From a virus: a stretch of DNA of 29,576 nt. The notes beneath the pieces are model-generated. The model was given only the letters and a program-made list of their open reading frames with translations, searched no databases and was not told the origin of the DNA. The translations under genes were made by a program, and so were the position numbers. The stretch covers positions 1-29,576 of IMG/VR virus record IMGVR_UViG_3300017978_000111; one strand, given 5' to 3'. Shown one piece after another: positions 8,474-17,376 of this stretch. Each line of letters starts with the position of its first letter. Position 1 is the stretch's first letter.

Positions 8474-9565
8474 ATGGAAAATTTAATCAACGAAATGGCA
8501 GAGAACCTTAAAGGTTTTCAAGCTAATGCAGAAGCTCAAATTAAAGAGGTATCTGCACAAGTAACTGTTGTAAAAGACGAGTTACAAAAACAAATCGACG
8601 GACAATTAGCTGCACAAAAGAAAGCTGCTAAGAAAGAAGTTAAATTCATGGATGAGGTTATCTTAGAAAAATTAGATGGTCAATTCGATGCAATGGAAAA
8701 GTCTTTAAAGAACAATGGTAAATTCCGTTTGGATTTATCTGACGTTAAGACTATGACTTTAAGCGGTAACTTAACTGGTGATGCTCAAGCATCTTATGCT
8801 CCAAATCCAGCTATCCAACCTGCTCAAAGTTTAAACTTTAGAGATTTAATCCCAACAGTAAGAAGCGAAAGCGGATTGTATGTTTACTATCGTGAGAACG
8901 CTGGTTTGACTAACAACATCGCTGCTCAAACTGAAGGTTCTAACAAAGGTGAGAACAACTACTCTTTAACAGAAGTTAAAGTTGTAAACGATTACCTTGC
9001 TGGTTTCTCTACTTTCTCTAAGCAAATGTTAAAGTCTTTACCATTTATGACTCAGACTTTACCAAGAATGTTACAAAGAGATTTCTTCAAGGCTGAAAAC
9101 GCTGCGTTCTTCTCAACTGTATCTGGTGCTGCAACTGGTTCAACTACAACTGCTGAAACAGATGATTTATTACAATTGATTGATTACATCGGCAACCAAA
9201 AGACTGCGAACTTTGTTCCTTCTTATGCTTTAGTATCTCAAACACAAATGGGTCGCTTATTGAAAGCAACTATCGCTGCTGGTTACTATGCTGGTTCTGG
9301 TTCAGTTGTTGTAAACCCTAATGGCGGAATCACAATCTGGGGTGTACCTGTTGTATCTGCTTCTTGGGTAACTGATGACAAGGTATTAATCTTTGACGCA
9401 AGCTACTTAGAAAGAGTTGAAGTTGAAGGTTTAGCTATCGAGTTCTCTTACGAGAATGGCGAAAACTTCCAAAAGAACTTGGTAACTGCTCGTATTGAGT
9501 GTTACGAAGACATCAACTTAATGTTGACTACATCTGCTATCTATGCAGATATGGGTAACGTATAG
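8474..9565 (+). CDS. major capsid protein, HK97 fold, with an N-terminal coiled-coil delta domain
   Basis: 363 aa following the protease. Helical, Lys/Glu/Gln-rich N-terminus, then capsid-like sequence. Followed by a strong terminator. Confidence 0.85.
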   Translation: MENLINEMAENLKGFQANAEAQIKEVSAQVTVVKDELQKQIDGQLAAQKKAAKKEVKFMDEVILEKLDGQFDAMEKSLKNNGKFRLDLSDVKTMTLSGNLTGDAQASYAPNPAIQPAQSLNFRDLIPTVRSESGLYVYYRENAGLTNNIAAQTEGSNKGENNYSLTEVKVVNDYLAGFSTFSKQMLKSLPFMTQTLPRMLQRDFFKAENAAFFSTVSGAATGSTTTAETDDLLQLIDYIGNQKTANFVPSYALVSQTQMGRLLKATIAAGYYAGSGSVVVNPNGGITIWGVPVVSASWVTDDKVLIFDASYLERVEVEGLAIEFSYENGENFQKNLVTARIECYEDINLMLTTSAIYADMGNV

Positions 9566-9589
9566 TTCTAAAGGTTTAGTAAATAATGA

Positions 9590-9616
9590 CCCCTACCAAT
9601 TCGGTGGGGGTTTTTT
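9590..9616 (+). terminator. rho-independent terminator after the capsid gene
   Basis: cccctacc (9590..9597) pairs with ggtggggg (9603..9610): 8 bp including one G-U, 5-nt loop, T6 at 9611..9616. Confidence 0.8.
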
Positions 9617-9632
9617 ATTGGAATAAATTAAG

Positions 9633-9640
9633 TAATTTTG
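9633..9640 (+). promoter_or_regulatory. TAnnTTTG motif downstream of the capsid terminator
   Basis: TAATTTTG, 12 nt before ATG 9653. Confidence 0.3.
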
Positions 9641-9652
9641 TAAAAAAAGGGT

Positions 9653-10195
9653 ATGTCTTATAATAATTATATTAATGACTTTAGTGCCGTTCCTATCGCA
9701 CCAATAGTTGAGCCAGTTACTTTAGCAGAAGCAAAATTATATTGCCGTGTTACTACAACCGCTGAAGATACTTTAATTACGTTAATGATTACACAAGCAA
9801 GGGAAGCTATTGAAGTGGCAACAGGATTGAGTTTAATACCAAAAGACATCACTACTTATTTTAACAATGTGAGTGGTAATTTTGAAATTCCTTTTGGACC
9901 AGTTGATTTTGATACGTTTGAGTTGTTTGATATGGAGCAAGACGGATTAGAGGTTACAACTCCTAATTTACAATTAATAGGCAACGAGTTTCCTAAATTA
10001 GTTTCACCAAGATATGCCAATTTAAAGGCTACTTATGAGGCTGGTTATACAACTATCCCTAAAGACCTTAAATTAGCCATATTAGACCAAATCTCTTATG
10101 ACTATGAGAATAGAGGATTAGATGGCGATTCCGGTATTTGTGAAAAATCTTGGAAAGCGTGTCAAAGATGGACAAGAATAAGCCCAATTTTATAA
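9653..10195 (+). CDS. head-tail connector (gp6-like / Phage_connect_1-like)
   Basis: LAEAKLYCRVTTTAEDTLITLMITQAREAIEVATGLSL is the typical connector N-terminal helix pair. Position fits. Confidence 0.65.
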   Translation: MSYNNYINDFSAVPIAPIVEPVTLAEAKLYCRVTTTAEDTLITLMITQAREAIEVATGLSLIPKDITTYFNNVSGNFEIPFGPVDFDTFELFDMEQDGLEVTTPNLQLIGNEFPKLVSPRYANLKATYEAGYTTIPKDLKLAILDQISYDYENRGLDGDSGICEKSWKACQRWTRISPIL

Positions 10196-10196
10196 T

Positions 10197-10538
10197 ATGA
10201 AGTTAGGAAAAGCGAAAGCAAATTACGTTGATGCCAACACGATGACCCGTGAGGTTAAAATCTATGTTGCCACAAGAACAAGTGATGGTCAAGGTGGATA
10301 CACAACCACGTTTGCCCTACAAAGCACTGTTTGGGGCGATTTAAGACCAGATAATCAAGTTCGTGAGGTAGGAGAGGCAGAATTGCAATTTGACCAAAGA
10401 AATAGGCTTTATATTCGTTTTGGAGCTACTATAACAGATTCGGATGAAGTAGAGGTTGAAGGCGATAGATTTACAATACATTCCATTAAGAACGTAGAGA
10501 ACCAAAATAGGTTCTTGGAGTTAATAATTTACAAGTAA
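10197..10538 (+). CDS. head closure / head-tail adaptor protein (SPP1 gp16-like)
   Basis: REVKIYVATRTSDGQGGYTTTFALQSTVWGDLRP follows the adaptor family pattern. Position fits. Confidence 0.6.
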   Translation: MKLGKAKANYVDANTMTREVKIYVATRTSDGQGGYTTTFALQSTVWGDLRPDNQVREVGEAELQFDQRNRLYIRFGATITDSDEVEVEGDRFTIHSIKNVENQNRFLELIIYK

Positions 10539-11068
10539 TGGCATTTAGCGTTAACTTAAATGGACTAAAAGACATTCAAGATGCTTTAAAGAACATTGAT
10601 GGGAAATTAAAGCAAGATGTTGGTGATGAGATTAACGCTTCCGCTTTGAAGATATTAACCGATGCCAAAAGACTTGCTCCTGTTAATTTCGGGCAATTAA
10701 GGAATCAAATAGCTTTAGTACAAGAAAGCCAATTAACATTTGGGGTTGAATCAAAGGCATCTTATTCGCCTTATGTAGAATTTGGTACTGGTCCACAAGT
10801 AAATGTTCCAGCTGACTTTACATCTTATGCAGCACAATTTAAAGGTAAAAAAGGCGGCAAATTCAAGGACTTTGTTGATGCTTTGACTTTATGGGTTAAG
10901 CGTAAAGGCATTGGCGATGGCAAAAATGATAGAGGATTAGCTTATGTTATTGCAAGGAGTATATTACAAAAAGGAATGCGACCTCAACCTTTTTTAATAC
11001 CTTCGTATGAAACGGAAAAGCCAAAATTAATACAAAGACTAAAAAAATTGTTAGATGTTAAATCCTAA
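10538..11068 (+). CDS. HK97 gp10-like tail-component protein
   Basis: DAKRLAPVNFGQLRNQI and YSPYVEFGT motifs. TAATG overlap with the upstream gene. Confidence 0.6.
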   Translation: MAFSVNLNGLKDIQDALKNIDGKLKQDVGDEINASALKILTDAKRLAPVNFGQLRNQIALVQESQLTFGVESKASYSPYVEFGTGPQVNVPADFTSYAAQFKGKKGGKFKDFVDALTLWVKRKGIGDGKNDRGLAYVIARSILQKGMRPQPFLIPSYETEKPKLIQRLKKLLDVKS

Positions 11069-11462
11069 TATAGAAATAAAAAAATGGTTTTATACTAACT
11101 TGACAAGTGCAAGTGGATTGGTTGTTTACGATGGATTTGCTCCAGAAGGTGCAGGTAATGAGTATATTGTAATGACAGGTAGGACATCAAGCCAAGAGCA
11201 AGGCAAAGAAGGATATACAAATAGTATTTCAATCACAGTTGATATTATTACAAAAAATGCTAACTTTGGTTATAAACGTGCTGAAGCTATAAGCGATTTG
11301 ATATTAGAAGATATAAACTCGGATACAACAATAACCTTGTCAAATGGTTTTGGTGCATCAAGTTTAAGTGTAGAAAGTATTAGAAATTTAGATGGCTTAA
11401 ATCCTTTAGATAACGTTTTTAGAGTATTGATAACTTATAACATAATAATAACTCAAATTTAA
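11055..11462 (+). CDS. putative tail terminator / tail completion protein
   Basis: Sits just before the major tail protein. VYDGFAPEGAGNEYIV resembles the DUF3168-type motif. Confidence 0.45.
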   Translation: MLNPNIEIKKWFYTNLTSASGLVVYDGFAPEGAGNEYIVMTGRTSSQEQGKEGYTNSISITVDIITKNANFGYKRAEAISDLILEDINSDTTITLSNGFGASSLSVESIRNLDGLNPLDNVFRVLITYNIIITQI

Positions 11463-11473
11463 AATTAAATAAA

Positions 11474-11923
11474 ATGGCAGAAACAAAAGTAAGCGGTAGA
11501 GATTATATCCTCTTAGCTGACATAAACAATGATGGTACATTCAAGCCTGTTGCTTGTTTGACTACAAACTCTTTAACATCAACTAATGACACAATAGATG
11601 CAACATCTAAGTGTGGCAACGAGTACACTCCAGCACCTTCTTTTTCTCAATCTTTTGAGTGTGAAGGTTTTGCAATTGATGAAACAGGTACACCATCTAA
11701 AGATAGCTACCAACAATTATATACTGCACACGCTGCTAAGACTTTATTCGCAATTAAGATGGGTAAAGCAACTCCAGCTGCAGGTGATATCACTTATGGT
11801 GGTGCTGGTTCTTTAGTGTTTATTAGCGATTTCGGTGTAACTGCTGACGATAAAGATGATGTTAAATTTACTGCAACTTTCGTAGTAAGTGTTCCTCCTA
11901 TTGCACAAACTGAAACTGTATAA
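11474..11923 (+). CDS. major tail (tube) protein, TP901-1/phi13-like
   Basis: GRDYILLADINNDGTFKPVACLTTNSLTSTNDTIDATSKCG...FECEGFAI. 149 aa, upstream of the G/GT chaperone pair. Confidence 0.7.
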   Translation: MAETKVSGRDYILLADINNDGTFKPVACLTTNSLTSTNDTIDATSKCGNEYTPAPSFSQSFECEGFAIDETGTPSKDSYQQLYTAHAAKTLFAIKMGKATPAAGDITYGGAGSLVFISDFGVTADDKDDVKFTATFVVSVPPIAQTETV

Positions 11924-11936
11924 TAAATAAAAAACT

Positions 11937-12290
11937 ATGTACGAATTAAAGACTGACAACAACACAATCCACCTAAAGTGGGGAACTTGGGCTATGAAAA
12001 GGTTTTGCGAATTAGAGAATAAAAATCTAATGCAGCTAATTGAGGTTTTATCTGGAGGGGTTTATGACTTAGATACAATCGTTCATATCGTACAAGCCGC
12101 AGCAGAAAGTGGATGCAAGAGCCTTAAAAAGCCTATTGACTTTGATGAGTTTGAGGTGTGCGAATGGATTGACCAAGTTGGTGGGTTATCTGCAAAAGAT
12201 GGACAATTAGTTGAGTTTATGAAATATATGCAAGACTCAATGACTCCAGATTTAAAGCCAGAAAAGGAAACGGAAGAAAAAAAAAATTAG
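11937..12290 (+). CDS. tail assembly chaperone (gpG-like)
   Basis: Lies between the major tail protein and the tape measure. Acidic C-terminus that ends inside an A10 run. Confidence 0.7.
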   Translation: MYELKTDNNTIHLKWGTWAMKRFCELENKNLMQLIEVLSGGVYDLDTIVHIVQAAAESGCKSLKKPIDFDEFEVCEWIDQVGGLSAKDGQLVEFMKYMQDSMTPDLKPEKETEEKKN

Positions 12291-12595
12291 GGTTTTATAG
12301 TTGGGACTCAATAATTATTCTCGCTATTGAAGTTGGCTTAACGATTAACGAGTTTTGGCAATTGACGTGGCGAGAATTTTTATTATATAAAACTGCTTAT
12401 CAAAACAAAGAGGTAAGGGAATGGGAAAGAACAAGGATGGTGGCTTATTTGATTTATAAAGTAAATACAAGTGAGAAAAGTCCAAAGAGCTTAAAATCGT
12501 TTTTTCCTTTGCCAAGTGATGAAGTTGAAGATGATAAGCCAAAACTGACACAAGAACAATTGGCAAGGACATTAAAGTTGTATGGAGTAAAATAA
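11937..12595 (+). CDS. tail assembly chaperone frameshift fusion (gpGT-like, -1 shift near 12277..12286)
   Basis: The track ORF 12362..12595 (TTG start) is in the -1 frame relative to 11937. That frame has no stop between 12278 and 12362 (KKKLGFYSWDSIIILAIEVGLTINEFWQLTWREF...). Confidence 0.65.
12277..12286 (+). promoter_or_regulatory. slippery A10 run for a programmed -1 frameshift
   Basis: gaag-aaaaaaaaaa-ttag. The zero frame stops at TAG 12288..12290. The -1 frame is open from here to 12595 (checked codon by codon). Confidence 0.7.
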
Positions 12596-12599
12596 TAAA

Positions 12600-14150
12600 A
12601 TGGCACAAGAAACGTTAAAAATTACGATAACCGCAGACAATCAACAAGCGGTACAAAATATTCAACAAACAGTTACCGCAACAAATCAATTGGGTAATGC
12701 GTTTAAAACGTTGCCAAGTACAAGTAATTCAGCTACTTATGCTTTATCAAACTTATCAAGAGTTGCACAAGATGCTCCTTATGGATTTATAGGTATTGCG
12801 AATAACTTAAATCCTTTATTAGAATCATTTCAAAAATTAAAAGTTGAGGCTGGTAGTACAGGTGGTGCATTAAAAGCAATGGCAGGTGGTTTAATTGGTC
12901 CAGCTGGTATTGGTTTAGCTTTAGGTGCAGTTTCTTCTATCATTGTTGCATTTGGTCCTAAAATAGCTGATTTTATAAAAGGAACAAATAAAGCATCTGA
13001 AGCAGAAGATAAATTTGCAAAAAGTTTGAATGATGCAACTGCACAAGCAACTGAAACAGGTGTAAAATTACAAGCATATTTATCAATAAGTGAAAATGCA
13101 AATGTTAGTGAGCAAAAAAGAGCAGAAGCATTTAAGGCAGTTGTAGCTGAATTAGCAAAAGTAAATAGTGCTTATGCATCAACAATTACAACTGTTGACC
13201 AAGCAAGAATAGCAGTTGATTTATATACAAAAGCATTAGTTAATCAAGCCATAGCAGCAAGATTTATTGATGAAATTGCTAATAAAACAATTGCTTTAAA
13301 TGAAGCAAATAAAAAGATATTACAAAGTGGTAGAGATTACTATGATAATTTAGAAAAACAAAAAAATGCATATCAAGGTGTAACTGGTGTTGCAATTGGT
13401 TATCAACTTGCAATATCTAATGCTAAAGATGCAAATAAAGAAGCAAGAGCAGAAGCAATTAGTTTAAAAAATGGGATTATTGATTTAAATAATCAATTAC
13501 TAAATACACTTGCTTTAGATACAAAAAATCCATTTCAAAATTTTGGCAAATCAGTAAAAGAGCAAAGAACTGCAGTTGCTGGTTTATCACAGGACATTAA
13601 AGAAATGATTTACGAGTATGAACACTCGGTACATCCAACAAGGGCGCAAAGAAGAACGGCAACACCTTTATTAAGAACATTTATAGATGCTCCTGCAGCA
13701 AAACAAAATGTATCAGATAAAAATCCAGCTTTTATAAATGCTTATTTAGCACAACAAACAATTAAAAGTAAAGATGCATTAAAGGCTTACAATCAACAAT
13801 TACAATTAGCTAATACAATAACAGATACAATTACACCAGCATTTGAAGCAATGTTTCAAGCTATGGCAAATGGTGAAAATATAGGTAAAGCATTGGAACA
13901 ATCATTTAAACAAATTATTGCTCAATTGACCACAATGATTATTAAGGCTTTAATATTTAAAGCTGTTATGACTGCATTGGGAATACCAACTGTGGGTGGA
14001 GGTGGCGGTGGATTTACAAACTTTAATCCAATTGGCGCAGCTGGTGATGGTGGTGGTGCATTTGTTCTTAGAGGACAAGATTTATTATTAGCTACAAATA
14101 GAGCGCAGAAGGCATCTAATCTTAAAGGACAAAACATTAGTTTAGCATAA
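12600..14150 (+). CDS. tape measure protein
   Basis: 516 aa, helical and Ala/Gln/Asn-rich, with a hydrophobic Gly-rich segment near the C-terminus. Canonical position after G/GT. Confidence 0.8.
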   Translation: MAQETLKITITADNQQAVQNIQQTVTATNQLGNAFKTLPSTSNSATYALSNLSRVAQDAPYGFIGIANNLNPLLESFQKLKVEAGSTGGALKAMAGGLIGPAGIGLALGAVSSIIVAFGPKIADFIKGTNKASEAEDKFAKSLNDATAQATETGVKLQAYLSISENANVSEQKRAEAFKAVVAELAKVNSAYASTITTVDQARIAVDLYTKALVNQAIAARFIDEIANKTIALNEANKKILQSGRDYYDNLEKQKNAYQGVTGVAIGYQLAISNAKDANKEARAEAISLKNGIIDLNNQLLNTLALDTKNPFQNFGKSVKEQRTAVAGLSQDIKEMIYEYEHSVHPTRAQRRTATPLLRTFIDAPAAKQNVSDKNPAFINAYLAQQTIKSKDALKAYNQQLQLANTITDTITPAFEAMFQAMANGENIGKALEQSFKQIIAQLTTMIIKALIFKAVMTALGIPTVGGGGGGFTNFNPIGAAGDGGGAFVLRGQDLLLATNRAQKASNLKGQNISLA

Positions 14151-16117
14151 TGGCATACGGATTAAGATATACAATAACGCAAGAGTTAAGAAATGAAACA
14201 TCATTAATAGTTAAGATATACGAAAAAAGCTATGTTGGTGCAACAGTTACTCCATATATAGGAACAAATGTTTCTTTAGTACCAAATGCTACAAATGAAG
14301 ACCCAATTGCTTCTATAATATCTTCGCAGTTAAATGTGTCTTTTATTATTTCTGACCAAGATGATTACGATAATTTCCCAGACTTATTAAACTTTGATGA
14401 AACAAAATATTACGTTGAATTAGTTATTGATAATGTAATTAAATGGAGAGGTTTTTTACTTAACGATTATGTTCAAGTTCCATTTACAACAGGTAATCAA
14501 GAAGTAAGTATGGCTTGTATTGATGGACTTTCATTTTTAAGATATATATATTATGATGGTGATGTAAATGTAAACTCATTAATTAAATTGATTGACATCA
14601 TAGGTACTTGCTTAAATGCATTGCCATTTGAAGATATGATATTTATTTATGCTTGTTGTTCTTACTATGCAGATGGGATGTTTGATAGAGGCGATGCTGG
14701 TGGGGATGAACCATTTAGTCAAACGTATCAATATAAAAGGGATTTTTATCAATTAGATTATTATACAATTTTAGAGAATATAATTAAGACTTTTGGTTGT
14801 AGGTTATTCCAAGCAAATGGAGATTGGTATATTTTGCCAATGAATCAACAAGCTGACACAATATATTATACAAGATATGTTGTTGAAGATGCGCCAAGTG
14901 TAAGTGGTAATGGTACATTAACAAATACAATAAACATTCAACCTTATCAAGATGGTAATGTTCATTTTGTAAATAATAGTCAAACCAAAATAGTTAGAAA
15001 AGGTTACCCAACTATTGAATCAACTTTGCCGTATGAATATGCTAATAATTATATATATAACGGAACTTTTAAATTTACTACTGGTTCTGGTTCTTCATTA
15101 AGAGCGAATGGCTGGAGTGAGTTTGAGGTTGCGCCATCAAGAGCAACTTTGGTTATATTAAATGAAGACCAATCAAATAGATATGAAGTTTTTTATTTAG
15201 GTGGTAGCACAAATGCTTATATACAAAACTATTTTGCACTACCTACTGCTTATGAATATTTGCCAAAAATGTATGGTACAAGTGCAACTTTATCTTTTGA
15301 ATTACAAGGTGCAAATGCTGGAGATAAAATAAGAGTTTATATAACTGCTTTCATTGGCGGAGTAACTTATTATTTAAAAAGTGATGATACTTGGTCAACT
15401 TCTGTACATTTTAGGGATGTTACATATTCAACATTTAATACTTATGTTAATAACACTATTGATATACCAATGGGTTATTCACAAGATTTAAGTTTAGTTA
15501 TTGAAGGATTAATAGGTGTTAAGTTTGAAGCAGCAAATGGCGCAACAGGTGGATATATAAAGAACGTTAAGCTAACACAAAATGATGCTTCAATTAAACA
15601 GGTTGTATTAACAAGAAACATTGGTGCAACATCACAAATTGCAACAGATATAGACATTCCTTATAGTGCGATTTATCCAAATCAAGGTGCATCACCAATA
15701 GAGAATAATGTAGGTTTATTATTTGATGAAGAAGGTGTTATTTGGAGGGATTGGTACAGATACGGATATCCTCCAGAAGATTTTGGTATGTTGGCTGAAT
15801 TAGTTATGCGCCAATATTCAAACTTATTAAATAAGAATATAGCTACTTTAGAAGGTGATTTGGGAGCAATATCTGGAACAAATGGATTTATTTATCTTGA
15901 TAAAACATATACAATACAAGATTCAAGCACAAATGCTTTGTCTTATAATGGTAAGAAGTTTTTAATAAATAGGCTTACATCAAATCCTTATATGGATGAA
16001 ACAAGCCAAATACAACTTTTAGAGATTACAATGGTTGATAATGCTTCAACTGCTACTATTGATTACATCGGAGATGTTACCATAGAAACTCCAAAAAGAT
16101 ATTTTAATAATGCGTAA
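14150..16117 (+). CDS. distal tail / baseplate protein (Dit/Tal position)
   Basis: 655 aa. TAATG overlap with the tape measure stop. Called from position only; no motif recognised. Confidence 0.45.
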   Translation: MAYGLRYTITQELRNETSLIVKIYEKSYVGATVTPYIGTNVSLVPNATNEDPIASIISSQLNVSFIISDQDDYDNFPDLLNFDETKYYVELVIDNVIKWRGFLLNDYVQVPFTTGNQEVSMACIDGLSFLRYIYYDGDVNVNSLIKLIDIIGTCLNALPFEDMIFIYACCSYYADGMFDRGDAGGDEPFSQTYQYKRDFYQLDYYTILENIIKTFGCRLFQANGDWYILPMNQQADTIYYTRYVVEDAPSVSGNGTLTNTINIQPYQDGNVHFVNNSQTKIVRKGYPTIESTLPYEYANNYIYNGTFKFTTGSGSSLRANGWSEFEVAPSRATLVILNEDQSNRYEVFYLGGSTNAYIQNYFALPTAYEYLPKMYGTSATLSFELQGANAGDKIRVYITAFIGGVTYYLKSDDTWSTSVHFRDVTYSTFNTYVNNTIDIPMGYSQDLSLVIEGLIGVKFEAANGATGGYIKNVKLTQNDASIKQVVLTRNIGATSQIATDIDIPYSAIYPNQGASPIENNVGLLFDEEGVIWRDWYRYGYPPEDFGMLAELVMRQYSNLLNKNIATLEGDLGAISGTNGFIYLDKTYTIQDSSTNALSYNGKKFLINRLTSNPYMDETSQIQLLEITMVDNASTATIDYIGDVTIETPKRYFNNA

Positions 16118-16126
16118 ATTTGTAAT

Positions 16127-16819
16127 ATGGGAGCAGTAATAGGAAATAACGTGATGCTTTATTGGCATAGAACAGATGTTGACCCAGAGGTTGATGTCGC
16201 TTTTGCGTGTAGTACAACTTGCACGTTTAATGTAAGCGTAGATCAAAAAGAGGTAACAAGTCAATCAAGTGCTTGGTTTAGAGAATATAAAAATGATGTG
16301 GCTACTTGGAATGTAACTTGTGATGGATTGATTACTTTGACTGGATTTTCTTATTTGTTTATGTTAGAAAAGCAGTTAGCAAGAGAACCAATAGAGATTA
16401 AGTTTGTAGTGGATAATGGAGTTGATGGTTTGACAATTATTAACGGAACTTGTAATATATCAAGTTTATCAATAAACGCACCACAAAAGGATGTGGCTAC
16501 TTACAATATTAGCCTACAAGGTACAGGTGCATACAATACAACAGGAACGGAAGTTGACCCAAGTGGTGTGATTATAGTAGGTGCAAATCCTGTTAAGACA
16601 AAAGGTTATACGGCAAGTGGTGGCGAAACATCAATTACTTTTGCGGACACAATAGGCTATGCTTGTCTTTACGTTTCAAGAGGTGGTGTGGATGCGCAAA
16701 ACATTTTAACAACAGGAACTCCAACAGGTGATGATGTTAAGTTTATAAGTTCAACAGGGGTTCTTACTTTTGGTAGACCTTTAGAAGATGGTGAGTATAT
16801 TCGCGCACTTTTCCAATAG
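16127..16819 (+). CDS. tail protein with a tube-protein-like N-terminal domain
   Basis: VSVDQKEVTSQSSAWFREYKNDVATWNVTCDGL parallels TNDTIDATSKCGNEYTPAPSFSQSFECEGF in the major tail protein. Confidence 0.4.
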   Translation: MGAVIGNNVMLYWHRTDVDPEVDVAFACSTTCTFNVSVDQKEVTSQSSAWFREYKNDVATWNVTCDGLITLTGFSYLFMLEKQLAREPIEIKFVVDNGVDGLTIINGTCNISSLSINAPQKDVATYNISLQGTGAYNTTGTEVDPSGVIIVGANPVKTKGYTASGGETSITFADTIGYACLYVSRGGVDAQNILTTGTPTGDDVKFISSTGVLTFGRPLEDGEYIRALFQ

Positions 16820-16838
16820 ATATTATAAAAAAAACTAT

Positions 16839-17366
16839 ATGAAGCAAATAACAAATTATCCAAATTACTACGTCAGTCTTGATGGTAAGGTGTTTAATAT
16901 TAAAAAAATGAAATACTTAAAACCATTAATGCGAACAAATGGATATAATGCGGTTTGCATTTATAATGAATTAGGTGGGAAATTTTATTCTATTCATAGG
17001 CTTGTTGCAAAAACATATTTACCAAAAAATGAAGATAAAAGATTTGTTAATCATATAGACGGAGTAAAAACAAATAATTTATTATGTAATCTTGAATGGT
17101 GTACGCATCAAGAAAATATGCAACACGCTTGGGATAATGGATTAAATAAAGCAACCGAAAAAACAAGACAAAATGGTAGAAATACAATTCACATTGCTTT
17201 AAAGGCGGCAAATGAATTGAAAAGAAAGAAGGTAATAGATTTATCAAATGGTAAGATTTATAATTCTACAAATGAAGCTGCTTTTGAATTAGGCTACAAA
17301 AAACCAACTTTGTCAAATTGGCTAAATGGACATAGGGAAAATAAAACAAGTTTAAGATATTTATAA
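16839..17366 (+). CDS. free-standing HNH homing endonuclease (NUMOD4 + HNH_3 + C-terminal HTH)
   Basis: NYPNYYVSLDGKVFN (NUMOD4-like), HRLVAKTY...VNHIDGVKTNNLLCNLEWCTHQENMQHA (HNH_3), IYNSTNEAAFELGYKKPTLSNWLNG (IENR1/NUMOD1-like). ATG 16839 is preferred over the track start at 16788, which overlaps the upstream gene. Confidence 0.85.
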   Translation: MKQITNYPNYYVSLDGKVFNIKKMKYLKPLMRTNGYNAVCIYNELGGKFYSIHRLVAKTYLPKNEDKRFVNHIDGVKTNNLLCNLEWCTHQENMQHAWDNGLNKATEKTRQNGRNTIHIALKAANELKRKKVIDLSNGKIYNSTNEAAFELGYKKPTLSNWLNGHRENKTSLRYL

Positions 17367-17376
17367 ATTTAGATAA

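Noticed and set aside
11598-11816. 72-aa +1-frame ORF inside the major tail protein gene.
   Set aside because: Leu/Gln/His-rich sequence with no motif. Its length is within what chance allows, and it shows no structural logic, unlike the dcm-nested ORF.
13985-14065. Gly-run region in the tape measure (GGGGGGF...GDGGGAF) as a possible hypervariable or slippage site.
   Set aside because: The codons are mixed (ggt/gga/ggc) rather than a nucleotide homopolymer. Gly-rich hydrophobic segments are ordinary in tape measure proteins.
16788-16838. N-terminal extensions and non-ATG starts proposed by the track (16788, 21808 TTG, 24133, 25766 TTG, 27704 TTG).
   Set aside because: Each extension overlaps the upstream gene. 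In every case an in-frame ATG sits immediately after, or in ATGA/TAATG overlap with, the upstream stop (16839, 21910, 24193, 25799, 27743), which matches the genome-wide junction style.
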